Below, piece by piece: positions 13,546 through 26,750 of a DNA stretch of 64,000 nt (the first letter of the stretch is position 1; each line of letters starts with the position of its first letter). Source of the stretch: Chrysomallon squamiferum (Eukaryota > Animalia > Mollusca); contig CM022671.1 of the NCBI GenBank assembly GCA_012295275.1, positions 16,678,001-16,742,000 of the forward strand. Reading direction: 5' to 3'. A program made the position numbers and the translations under genes. Below the pieces are notes generated by a model. It had not been told where the DNA came from, ran no database searches, and saw only the letters and a program-made list of their open reading frames with translations.

Positions 13546-14329
13546 CAATTACTTCATTGGAGTGCTGTAAAAACAAAAACAAAAGATGTCACTAAAAATA
13601 AAATTATTTTAACTTTAACTCTTTTCAGAGTTTTCAGAGTAAAATCCACTAAATGTAGCAGAAAAATATGTTATATGAGAGGTATGAACAGAGTCTTTAA
13701 TAAATAATTATGAGACACTGGTTATAATGGGTAATAATGAGAATTGTAGTAGAAACCAACAATATATAAACAAAAAAAAAAAAAGGCCAACAAGCTATGT
13801 ATAAAACACTCATTCAAAATAACTTAAACAAACAATTAACATGGTTTCATTTATATAAATGTTAAAAATCATTCCCTTATTTCAAAAGATAGTTGAAATG
13901 TTAAATTTGTCAAATGTACTGTTTAAACATCTGATATTTTTTATAGTTTGTTCATTTTTCAATTTTAGTAGATTCATCTGTTATCACATCACATATCCTA
14001 AAACAAAACAAAAACTCAATGCAGTTTTTTTCACTCAACAACAACGACTAATTCGGATTTCAGAAATGTGTGGTAGACATTTAATATAATTTTCTAAAAC
14101 ATAAGGTTTATTAATTACAAAAATAATTAAATAATAATAAAAAATATTAGTTGTTCCCAAATAATAGGCATGCATGCTTCCACCTACACCAAACACAAAG
14201 AACGCCACTGTAAGCTGATTCTAAATTTATTCTGAATTATATTAATTGGAATGGTTAATTAATATATACTTAGAATAATTTAAAAAGTCAGTAGCAGATG
14301 AATGCTGTATTTATAATAATATTAATATT

Positions 14330-14461
14330 AATAATCCTTTAATGCACTGAGGTAATTGATCTCTGATTCATTAAACTAGAGGTAAGCAGTCAAACCACTT
14401 AACCACAAATACTGAAAAATGAAAAGAAGAAAGGGTTACATTTTTTCTTTTTCTTTATTTC

Positions 14462-14500
<39 letters not shown>

Positions 14501-14651
14501 AAGAAAGAAAGAAAGAAAGAAAGAAAAAGAAAGAAAGAAATGTAACCTCTTCCTGTTTTCATTTTTCATTATTTGTGGTTAAGGGGTTTGACTGTTCACC
14601 TATAGTTTAATGAATCAGAGATCAATTACTTCAGCACATTAAGGGATTATT
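14330..14651. repeat. Long inverted repeat (arms of about 114 bp) around a (TTA)n/(GAAA)n spacer; foldback or MITE-like
   Basis: 14330-14443 aligns to the reverse complement of 14538-14651 with roughly 85-90% identity by eye (e.g. GTAATTGATCTCTGATTCATTAAACTA / TAGTTTAATGAATCAGAGATCAATTAC). Confidence 0.9.
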
Positions 14652-15805
14652 TTCTGTAACTAGTGTTTTAGGTGGGGGAGATGTTTGTTTTTCTTCTTCT
14701 TCTTATTGGGGTGTGTGTGGGGGTTTTTTTGGTCTTTTTGTGGTATTTTTTTTGTGGTGAGGGGACACATAATGTTTTATTATTTTGGTGTATATGTTGT
14801 TGTTGTGGGTTTTTTCCCAGAATGTATAGAGATGGAGATGTACATGTGGGTAAAAAAAAAGCAGTAGGTAAATGAAAATATGCAAAGGTTACATTCCTAT
14901 CTTTACATATAGATAATTAGATAGACAGATATAGTTAAAGGCCTACCTACTACTTAGTACTGATAAAAATAGCCACTGCATTTCAGAAACAATTACCTCT
15001 TCTAATATAAAAGTTTGTCAATATTTTAATTTTCATGAGAAATAATCTTTTATTTATTTGTATTTTTGTTTGGTTGTTTTGTTGTTGTTTTGTTTTTAGA
15101 AAGAAAGAAAGAAAAATTCCAACATTGGCCACTTGAGGATCAGGCAGACATTCGATTTGTGCTGCATACACATTATTAATAATAAATTAAGCAGACAAGG
15201 AATTACTGCGTGTTAATTACTGTGCATTTAAATATTTGTTTATTTATCAATTCATTATAAATATTAAGCCAGTCCGGTCATGCGTTACAAAGTACTGCTA
15301 AGAAGAATATTTAACGCAGGCAATATAACAGTGAAGAGCAATTTAGAATTACGTAATATAATTCTGATTCATTATCTCAGAACAGTGGCTGATCTAAAAA
15401 AAATAAAACATTTCTACTGTAATTTACCAGTCCTTAGCTAAGCAGATGAGGTCAAAATATTCTAATTCTAGAAGTGATTTTCAGTATATTTAGCAGTATT
15501 TGTAAAATTAAATTAAGTATACGTAAATTGTCATGAAGTTATCTTTATACCTGAATTTATTTATTTATTTATTTAACTGTCATTATTCTATACATAATTA
15601 TAATCAAAGAACTGTCAAAACCTGTCACTTTGTAAATAGCAAGTTAAACGTGAAATCCTCACCAGTAGATATTAGTTGTAGTTAACAACGCTTCGTTGTT
15701 GGGTTCCAGACACACAAATGGGGTTACGGCTCTCGATAAGCTGTAACTTGGATATACCTGTAGTTGAAAACACGTTTAATGATCGGGTTTGAGAAGCTAG
15801 AATAG

Positions 15806-15861
<56 letters not shown>

Positions 15862-16015
15862 CATGATAATAATAATATGTATGAACTAAATTCTGTATAT
15901 TTTAATGACAGTTAAGAATATATTTAATCCGTTTCACATACACACACAGGGCACCTATCATGTTATCTCTAGGTCAGTTTTAATGCTTCGTAAACACGTA
16001 TATGTGAAATTCAAG

Positions 16016-16018
<3 letters not shown>

Positions 16019-16102
<84 letters not shown>
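16019..16102. repeat. (AG)n microsatellite
   Basis: Perfect dinucleotide run of about 40 units. Confidence 0.95.
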
Positions 16103-16107
<5 letters not shown>

Positions 16108-16307
16108 ACATTTTGCATCACTCGCGTAAATAACGATGCAAGTTTTTTTAATTTTATTTCTTTCTTTCTTTCTTTCTTTCTTTATTTATTTACACATTAT
16201 TTTACTTTAAAAGTCTCAAGAATAAAAAGTATTTTCTATTACAGAAAAATGTACCCAAATGCTTAAAGAGGTATTAATAACAGAATCATTAATAAGAATT
16301 TAAAAAC

Positions 16308-16338
<31 letters not shown>

Positions 16339-18289
16339 AATAATCATAATAATAATAATAATAATGTTTTCTCATCATGTTCATTAAATTTTATTAATTT
16401 TCTTGCCAATATAATTTTGTCAAAACCTTAATAGCTCGGACGTATTGTTTAACCTACACCCCACTTGAGGCGTTTGACCTAGAAAAGGATATACCGATTC
16501 TCTATAGTTAAAGCCGTGAGATCGGAAATGGTTAGTTCCAGTCTAGTGAGATACACACGCGCACACACGCACTGTATTGCTTTAAATGTTTCTTTCTACT
16601 TATTTTATTTACTATAGTTCTGTTGAAAATTGATTTGGATTTGTTAAATGTCGCCACGGGCAGGTAGTTACCAACTAGATTAAATTTAGACAACGATCTC
16701 AAAGTTTAAATTTTAAAATTCAGTGGTAAACTGGATCGACTTCAGCTCCTCCCTTCAGGCCAAATTATACATACCGGATATTAACTTCCGGTGATGGCAG
16801 TTGGTCAAAGACGATATAATGAACCGGCTGACATGAAATAATTTTTGTTTTGCAGTTGATTGTCTAAACGAAACAATTTTTTTTGTATAATAACAAACAT
16901 GCATACGAGTATTATTTATTTGTGGTGTTGTAGAATGAATTTGTTACGAATATGAAGTATAATTTATGACTGAACCAAAATAGAATAGAAGATTCACGAA
17001 TTTCACACACACACCTCGTTTTTTTTTTTTTTTTTAAATTAAATTTATGGTTTATCAATTGGTCGCAAATAGAAATGTTTTCCCCTAATATTTAGCGAAA
17101 ACGCTGAAATGTAAATCATATTTGTAACGCGAACTCGTGACTTTTGATGTAATAATATACCGAATCGTGTGTGAAAAGCATAGTAAATACTGCAACAAAT
17201 ATCTAGAGTTTTGTATTCTGAGAGTTGTAGATTTGCTGATGGTCCCTGTTATCAATGAATTTATAATATAACAAAAATAAATAAATAAAAAAGCAACCAC
17301 CAGAAATACAACTTCAGTGTTCAAATACTTTGGTTTGGTTGATCATTTCAAATCATCAGTGGATACTCAAAATATTTTTATTCTGAGTAACATAAAAAAT
17401 GATTCTACCTTTCACACTGGTAACAAAAAAGTTAGAAATACTTATAAAATATTTTCAATTCTGCAAAAAAAAAATAACATATTATTAAAATTTTAGACTT
17501 GAAAACATTTTCCAATAATTTTGCATTTATTTACTAAGAAATTTATATTTTTCTCTTCTTTGTTTTCTTTTGTATTAATTTATTGAGAATTGTGTGTTCA
17601 TTGATTTTGCTGCTTAGTAGCAACAATCTTCTGTTAAAGTGGGTAGTAAAAATCTAGCATTGTGTGTGTGTGTGTGTGTGTGTTTGATCTTTGAAATTAA
17701 TAATACAGAACAAAAAATATTTATAATTTACATTATTTATTTTAAGCTTGTACCATGATATTCAGTAAGTGAATAAAAGAAAAACAAAAAAGTAAATATT
17801 CATTTTCAAGCACAATAGGAATGTAAACATCTCTTGCATTTATCTCAGTGATTAGTTATAATGTGAAAAAAGAAAATGAAATCTATCAAAAAGTAAAATA
17901 AATAAATAATTAGTAGAATGAATGAAAGTAATTTTTATACAACTGTTAGATTAAAATATTTTAAATAAAAAATATAGATTAATAAAAACATTTGCAGTAA
18001 CTTTTGCTTAAAATTACTTTCAAAGTAATCAGAAGCTGATGGGTTTTTACACAATTATTTGTTTTCAGATATTTTTTTTTTATATAAAGAATTATTTCAA
18101 ATCTCATCAAAATTAAAATAGAGAAAAAATAAATTAGAAAAAGTATTTAGAGAAATCCACTAATTTATAAAATAAAAAAAATAAAGTTAAATTCTATTTA
18201 TGTATTGCTGTACTATAAACAAAGGAGAAATTGTCTTATCAACTGTCCTTGTACATCTATGTTGACACAAAAGGAATTTTTTGAAAACT

Positions 18290-21200
18290 TTAGTCTTCCC
18301 ATTCAGAATCATCATCATTTGCCTCTTCTTCACTCTCATCACTTTCTTCATCTGAAAACACAAATCAACATTTTCTTTTTCACTATCTACAAACTTTTGT
18401 TTTTATCAATTGAAACAGTACTGAGACAAAATAAAAGTTTTATAAACTTCTGCTTTCTAAAAAAAATCTAAATTTATATTAGTTGACTAAATATTATTGG
18501 GATCACACTTAAATTCACATAACCATAATGACCTTTGAGGACAGATTAATAAAATTATTTCAATGTATATCAATATGTCACCAGTTTTTTTAAACCAATC
18601 ACAATGCTTTTACTGTGTGATATAAGGAGAATATTTCAATGTACATACATGAAATAGTCACTGATCTTTTCAAAACACAATCACAATACTTTTACTGCCT
18701 ATGATTTAATTACCCTTGAGGACAGACTAATGAAAACATATCAATGTATATGCATTAAAATGAAACCAATTTAAAAAACCCCAGTAATGATGCTTTTAAT
18801 GCCTGTAATATAAATTTTATATTTACCTGATCCTTGGATGTGTTTCTGTCTGGAGGCAAGAGCTCGTGCAAGTGCTCCAACAAGACCTCCTACTTCTGGG
18901 GAATCAGCACTTGGTGTTTCCTGGACATGCACCTAAGTATTAAAAATAACATAATCATTATTAAATAAATCAGTATCCTTGTATAAGAAATACATCAGCT
19001 TTTGGATGTCACTCTATGGTAAAGGCAATACTCAATGATGGTCAAGAGTTAAATTAAAATGTAGTGTAAAGAACAGTGCTAAAAATAAAACAATAACAAA
19101 AGCTAATGTAATATATTGTCATTTTCAGTTATAGATTTATTTAATCATCCTCTTAGCAGTCTTATAAAAAAAATTTTTTTTTTTTTTTAAATTATAAGAT
19201 AAATTAAAGAACCTGTGTTATTCAAAAAATTTATATAAGCATAAAATAAAAAAAAGTAACCTTCTTGAGGGTGGCTCCTCCCCGAATCTGGGAAAGGAGA
19301 TTGTCTCTTGGATCTGGAGCTGCTGGGGTGTTGTTCACTTGTACTGGATTTAAATTCATGCCCCCTTTGATTTCATCCAGCAGTGCACCACGACCTGAAG
19401 GGGCTGATGATTGAGTATCAGAGGGTGGTGGAGGTGGTCCTGATGGTGGTGGTGGTGGTGGAGGTGGAGGGGGTTCAGGGACTGAAGAATTGGAAGCAGA
19501 GGAACTTGCACTGGAATTAACTGGAGGCCTTGGGGGAGGTACTGACGGAGCAGCAAGTGGTGGACGTGGTGGGGGTACACTTGGTGCCTTTGGTGCCAGA
19601 TTGTTTGCTCGAGCAGGAGGAGGAGGTGCAGTTCCTCGAGTTTGTTGTACTCGAGAAGGGGGCACCGGAGGCACGGCTGCTGTACGTGGTGGAGGTGGAG
19701 GTACTCCTGAAGCAGAACGAGAAGGAGGACCTTGCTGATGGCTGGGAGGAGTGTTAGCTACAACATAAAAAAGAATAACATATGAGACGTATTGTCAGGT
19801 TTATGTGAATCTGACTAATTTTAAAAGAATGTCTACATGGCACATTATTTCTACTACATTAATTACACAAATATTGCTTGTTTGTTGCATTGTCTTAGAT
19901 TCATTTTTCATGAGTAAAATACATTTTTAAATAAAGAGAGATAAAAACAGAAGAAAAATAATCAAGATCAGAGTTATCATACATTTCTACTTTTCATTTG
20001 AGAAAATACTAATATATTTAAATGGTATGTTGACATAATTTTTAAAATTAATGAGATTTATTATCAACAATTTGTTTTCAAACATTGTAATTTGTGAACT
20101 TAATACTTACCCTGTTCTGGTTGATGTTGCATGTCTCTGCGAAAAGCTTCCATACCACCAGCTTTGTCAACAAAGTCGTAAATGAAATCAATGGTTTCTT
20201 TGTCTACTTGATCGTCCTTTGATATTCCCACTGACTGGAACAACATCTTCATGTCTGGCTCCAGGTTATTCATCTGTAGTCCAAGGAAAAATGGTGGCAT
20301 ATTAAAACAGTAATTCTTAACAAAGTTTATCTGAGTATTTGGGTGTTTATTGTTTCCAGTTTTTATACAAAAGTAGACCAGCATTACAGAAATACAATTT
20401 CTTTGACAGTAAATATTTTTCATTTTTTAAAAGCTATTTAAATAAATAAAGAATAAAAATACTACTACTAATAATGATAATAGTAATAATCATAATAATA
20501 ATAATAATAATAACTCTTTAAGGGCACTTACATCAAATCCCTTGGTTGGATCCCAGCCAACATGACCAACGTGTCTGTTTTAAATCACAAAAAAAAAAAA
20601 AAAAAAAAAAAAAAAATTAAAATAAAATAAGTAAATAAAAGAGAACAATTCAAATTTTAAACAGAAATTATTTTTGCAAATTTACTTTAAAACTACTTTT
20701 CTAAGAAATGCAACTAGCTTAATTAGATAAAGGACTTTAAAATAGTATGATTAAATATTATCAGCATTCACTACTAAACATGAAGTAGACATAAAAAGAA
20801 AAAAAAAAACAACAAAATACCACATTTTTCTGAACTATTTCTATGACACACTAAGAAAACTTCACCAATACTTATTTAAAAACCCATGATTGTTTAGAAA
20901 TATAGGAACTCATAAAAACATTATTAGCAAAAGTGCATTCATCTAGATGGAGATCTAACAGTGTGTTCACCAATAAATGATTTAATAAATTAAAAAACAG
21001 GATCTGTGAAGTTCAAAGACAGTATATAAAAATTACCTGAAGTTGGTAGGAGTTCCAATGTCATTTTTGGTAAGAGCTTTCTTTTTGCCTCCCTTTTCTG
21101 GTTTACCTTTCTTTGATGTACCATTTTTACTTGGCTCAACATTCACAGTGGCAGGAGTATCTGAATTACACATAAAACACATATATTTACGTATTTAATA

Positions 21201-23581
21201 TAAGAGACATAAATACATAGATACCATTAGATGTGAGACTTAACTACATAAATGAATAATTATGTTTACTGAACATATTTTTAATAAAACGAATTAAACC
21301 AAAATGCACGTGAACCAAAACATTATTTTCAAACAATTCAATGTTAATCTGTATGAAAACAAAAACACTTTTTAAGTGGATCTGTATTTAGAGCACTGCT
21401 GACTACAAAGTTAACAAAAGTTTATGGTTTAAACTGAGAGTTGTTGGTAGTTTGAAAAGTATATAACAAAGTACTTACTGATAGTTGTGACTGGTGGTGT
21501 TGTTGGAGATACAATTCTATTATTGGCTTTCATCGTCTGACGCTTCTTTTCTGTAAATAAATTATTTTAATACTATAATCAGTGGAATATAAGCAAAACA
21601 TAAACAGATGTGAATTTTAGAACATATGCAAGTAACTCATGCAACCATCTATGGAGTAAATATGCTTTTGAATTCAAAAACATATATGTTAGTATCTATA
21701 AAAAGTTACTTTCACGACATATCCATCCTAATTGTACTATTGTTTTGAATTCAAAAACATGTTTACCCCAAGATCAGGATTGTTCACTGGTTATATTACT
21801 GTGCTCAGAAAACAAGCAATAGCACTGTATTTTTTTATTTGTCTTGAGATCTAAATTATTTATGTTTAAAAACATATTTAATATATCTACCCATCAAAAA
21901 ACATATTTACTCTATGATCAGTAATATTTCTGGTCATTTACCATTATTGCATTAAAAAACAAGCAATAATACTATAATGTATTTATTTGTCTGGAGCTCT
22001 AAATTATTTGTGTTTAAAAAAAATCCATTTAATATATGTACCCATTCGACGCTCATGTCTCTCCTGCAGTTTAGTTTCAACAGCTTTCTTAAAAACGACA
22101 GCTTCATCTTCACTAGCAAAATTCAGTCCAGCCTGCACTGTCTAAAAATGGTAAAATATACAAATAATTACATATGTAGAATAAAATTTGTCTATTAAAA
22201 AAAGACAAGACACTATTTTATTTATTGTTTTTCAAATGTTTTTTTTAGTTTTAGGTAAGTAAAAGCTAACTTAGAAATGATTTGAAGCACATCACTGACA
22301 GTATTATCTATAAATGTTTTACACAATATTGGTACATTCTGAAAAATTTGTGTTTTCAACTTCAACAATTAATGTCATCTATAAATATTGAACCATGAAC
22401 TGAAATACCCAAAAAAAAAAAAAAAAAAAAAAAAAAACCCAATGCACTATTATTGTGCACATACAAATGATATATATTTTAAACACAAACATGTAATATT
22501 TTAAGGGCAACAATATCCAGATACTGAGTGAATCGTGATTTAAATACTAGTATCTAAACATTTATTAAAAATGAAAAATCAACCTACATCTGCTTCAAAC
22601 GTGTGAAAGTACTCCCTTGGGGACTTGTACCGAAACTGGTTGTACAATTCCTGTTCCCATAACAGTGTTTCTTTCTGAAGAAACAACAACAACAACAAAA
22701 AAAACCATTTAATTCATACATATACATAGTTTTAATTCTCAAGAAACCAAAAGTTCAAAAATATATCATTCATTGTCTATAATATTACAACAATTATCTG
22801 AAAGACAATTAAAAAATAACGGGATTAACTTAACAACAACAATATTAATTGCCATTTCTTGACTATGTTTGTATGTAAATATATTATGGATTTATGAAAA
22901 CAGGCAGTGTAGGAAATAGAAATATCAGTAGATCAGAATAATTTGGACAAAACTTTCTAAACCAATAACTACCAGTTCTTCAATGTGACTGCTTTATTAT
23001 TATTATTTTTTTCACCTTTATATCATAGACTCGAATGAAGTAGGATCTTTTGGTGTTGTCCTTTACAAAGCAAGCCACTCCACAAAACTGTTTGGTCCAT
23101 CTGTTGGGTTGAACGCTTGTATCTGCTAAAAAGACCTGTGCAATCCCTGTGGCCAGTGTCTGAAAATAGAAAATTACCATTTCAGTGCACAATAATAATT
23201 AATTTGAGTTTCAGAGCTCCACAGACTCTGCTTTGTAAACTACATAATCTTTTGATAACTGGAGTTAATTTTATGTTCTGAATGTTAGGAACAAAATTTT
23301 ACAACAGTCTTGGACTGGACTAAATTAACAAACCAATCTGAAATAAAATATTAATGTAAAAAAGTTTCATACCTTTAGTGCACCAAAATAAGACTGAACA
23401 TGTGTAAACACACACACACACACAGGTAGATAATTTTCTATATGTTAATAAATTAAGTATATTTTATTTTTGTTAATATTGTTTTCAGTATGAAACAGGC
23501 AAAATAATGAATTGAGATTGTAGTGTGATAATAATAATAATTGTTTTGAAAAATTACAAGATAATTTATTACTATTGTTTT

Positions 23582-23613
<32 letters not shown>

Positions 23614-24151
23614 TTGTATAATTTAATCAGCAAATAAAAAAGGAAGACTTCTGTCTTTCTTCAACAAAAATATGGGAATTCTTCATGCATATTTTAATTG
23701 ATTAAACTCATCGTACAGGATGAGGATGTAAAATTGTAAATAATTATAATCCGAATTATGGTAATTTACCACAATGTATATTGTCACTAAAGCAATTTTT
23801 TAACAGTATTGGCAATGATGACAAAATTTAAAAATATAATAATAATAATAATTAAAAAAAAAGTGTTCGTAAAATATTTCAAAAATAAAAGTACTAATTA
23901 AAATATAGTAACATTATAAAACTGACACTGACGGTGACAGTATAGGGCTAGTCCTAATTTACGATTTCTGATTTGTGTTCCTTCTCGGTGTTTGATCATT
24001 ACAATGAAATAAATAATAATTTTAACCTCTTCAGACAGGTAACACCTACCACGCAACCTCGGCCGAGTGACTGGAATACTGCTTCATTTTCACTGGTGGA
24101 CAAAAGGTGCGATGGTACATTAGTAGCTCGTTCTTTTACTCGTTTCGACAT
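18290..24151 (-). CDS. WASL: Wiskott-Aldrich syndrome protein family member (WASP/N-WASP), about 499 aa
   Basis: 11 exons: 24050-24151, 23016-23159, 22588-22674, 22042-22141, 21479-21550, 21037-21160, 20532-20574, 20111-20273, 19261-19757, 18827-18932, 18290-18351 (sum 1500 nt). WH1 domain (WTKQFCGVACFVKDNTKRSYFIRVYD...LLWEQELYNQF...FHTFEAD...AGLNFASEDEA), basic region, CRIB (DIGTPTNFRHVGHVGWDP), conserved IYDF tyrosine motif, polyproline region, two WH2 motifs (GRGALLDEIKGG; PRDNLLSQIRGGATLKKV), C region (GLVGALARALASRQKHI) and acidic tail ending DDDSEWED*. Confidence 0.96.
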
Positions 24152-24554
24152 ATTTACAGTTTGCAGCCTTCTTCCGGGTTGACTGAGGTCTTGCTAAAAA
24201 GGGGAACAAACCGAAAAGATTTCAAAACTGAAGGCACACAAAATTAGATTTAAATATATTTTAATAATGTTAATCGAAACAGTATGTCATGACAGCTAAA
24301 TTAAAACTTTTATTTATTTATTTATTTTATTTTATTTTATTATATATATTTAAATAATTTACAATATTCTCTAGCGGTTTCTTGCAGGAGCCTTTTTAGC
24401 ACTAAATGATTCTATTATCATCGCATATTTACAAATAATATCCAACCTGAATTAGTGACTTCAAAAAAGTTCAGATAAAGTGATGGATAGCAAAGATCCA
24501 GTGATGATATAGTTGCAGTTGGATGATTATTTGTCACTGAATTACATAATGTTC

Positions 24555-24588
<34 letters not shown>

Positions 24589-25729
24589 ATTCTGCTCCTC
24601 AGCGTATAAAAACTATTAAGATTTTCTGTAAGATTAAAATCAACAGTAAGCTTTATGATATATTGGAATGAAAACGATTGCATGTAGGCCTACTTTTATC
24701 ACAGAGATACAGATTTTACATGAATCGTAAGTTACTGTGATGTCGGCGAGGTATCGCAATTTGCATTTGAACGAACATATTCCTTAAAGCACCGCACACA
24801 TGCACAAACCCGGACTCAATAGTTAGTAACTAAAGCGTATAAAACCGATGACATTAGAAAATACATATATTCTTATTTCGATACGTGTTCGTTAAATAAC
24901 TTTTTTTTTTTTTTTTTTAAACAGTTGCAGTATAAATTTTGTGATGGCGTTATTATTTTAATATTTATAATGAAATATTTTCAAAACTGTATGTCTGTCA
25001 TACCTCTGCAGCAGTATATTTATCAAAAATATCCGACAGCTCTCGAAAACAAAAATATAAATAGGCTTTTATAAAATAGCAACGGATAATCTAGCTGTTG
25101 TTTGATCTAAAAGTCGCCAAACATGCACAAGACCCGCGACTCGAGCGGATAAAGTAACAGTTGGCCCCACAACTCTCTGTCGGGAGTATAACTGAATTAT
25201 TTTGACCTAGAAAAGTACTATGAAGTTTGATTAACGATCATTATGATGTCATAAATATAACCAAATGGCTCTTTTAGTGTTAATGATGTAACAACACGCG
25301 TAAATTTCTTATGGATATTTCATTATACGCTTATTTAATAGCAACACATTATCTCTAACTCTGTTCATGACTATTCCGTTGATGTACTGCTTATTTGCTG
25401 ACCTGTATGTTCGGATCGATTGCCGGTCACTTAATTAATTTAAAATCATAAACATCAGGCTCCGACACCGGACTTTGCCATTCACGTAATTTAAAATTAA
25501 AATGAATGACTAAATATTCAACCTTTAATTAAAGTTAGACAAACATTTAAAAGTCGCACATTTCTTTCTGAAAATATTGCCTTTGCCATATAATTATGTT
25601 ACAGTCATTAATAGATACAATATTACATCAGTTGCAGGCAGGTTCACCCATAACGGGTTTCCGTTCGCAGTGAAACAAATATCGTGTTGAGCATTTACGA
25701 GAAATGAAAAGCGGATCATGTCAGAAAAG

Positions 25730-25790
25730 CCAGTATATAAATATCACGTGATAAAGACTGGCGCCACTTTCTAAAACTGTAAGGAAACAG
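25730..25790 (+). promoter_or_regulatory. Putative MCM10 core promoter and first non-coding exon
   Basis: TATATAAA (about 25734), palindromic E-box ATCACGTGAT (25743-52), E2F-like TGGCGCCA (25759-66), then donor GTAAGG at 25779 that could splice to the TTGCAG acceptor at 26686. Lies in a locally CpG-enriched stretch. MCM10 is a known E2F target in mammals. Confidence 0.55.
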
Positions 25791-26107
25791 AAATGTACAT
25801 TAGTCATTAGTTACAAATTTTGATAAATCCGAAATGAAACGTGTAATGTACATTCCTATAAAGACATTTATTTTTTTGTCTTCTACTTCATTTTATCTAT
25901 TAATGCATTTTGCCTTACCTAAATATATAATTATATTATTATGAATGGATTCAATATATATATTTCAAATATGCTTTGACAAAAATTAATTCAATTGACA
26001 GTGAGTTACCGATTCACAGTGAGTTGTATTTTATAATAAAGTTTATTAAGTTAACTTAGAAAATGATACTTTGATAGTTATATTATTGTACATAATTAAT
26101 ACCAAAC

Positions 26108-26162
<55 letters not shown>

Positions 26163-26278
26163 TTAATTTTTCACCAAAACTATTCTGAAAGTTAGTTTCA
26201 CATCCAAAATGATTAATAAAATTTTGAAATCACACTGCACTACCATCAGTACATTTATGTTTAACTAGCTGACTATAA

Positions 26279-26317
<39 letters not shown>

Positions 26318-26750
26318 ATATACAACTTGCAAACACATGCACATATAATATATATGAGAACTAATAATGAATTATTAAAGTATATCTGATTATGAAACAT
26401 AGTCTACAAGCAGTGCAAAACTGTTAATACAGATAATCTTAAAAATAATAACTAACTTTGTAAGCCTGAAATTGATTCCAATTTTATAGTCTAAGTGGCT
26501 GTTGAACCAGTACATAATTGAATGGTGGTGAAAAACCAAATGCTCAATATACAGAGTATGTTATACTTTTTTTTATCTACTATACATTAAACTCCATTAA
26601 CTTACAATTTGAAAATTATTTACTTTGTTATGAGCTGTATTACAAAGCCTTTAAAATCCATATTTATATTAGATTTATCTTTGCAGCCTTATGAAAACCA
26701 GTATTTGGAAATAAGCATTCGGAAGAAATAAAAAAATCATCAAATATATC

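Noticed and set aside
19356-19757. Alternative-frame and antisense ORFs over the WASP proline-rich exon
   Set aside because: Shadow ORFs of a GC-rich coding exon.
24700-25700. CpG-rich stretches searched for tRNA or snRNA genes
   Set aside because: No cloverleaf, no paired A/B boxes and no snRNA signature recognised by eye.
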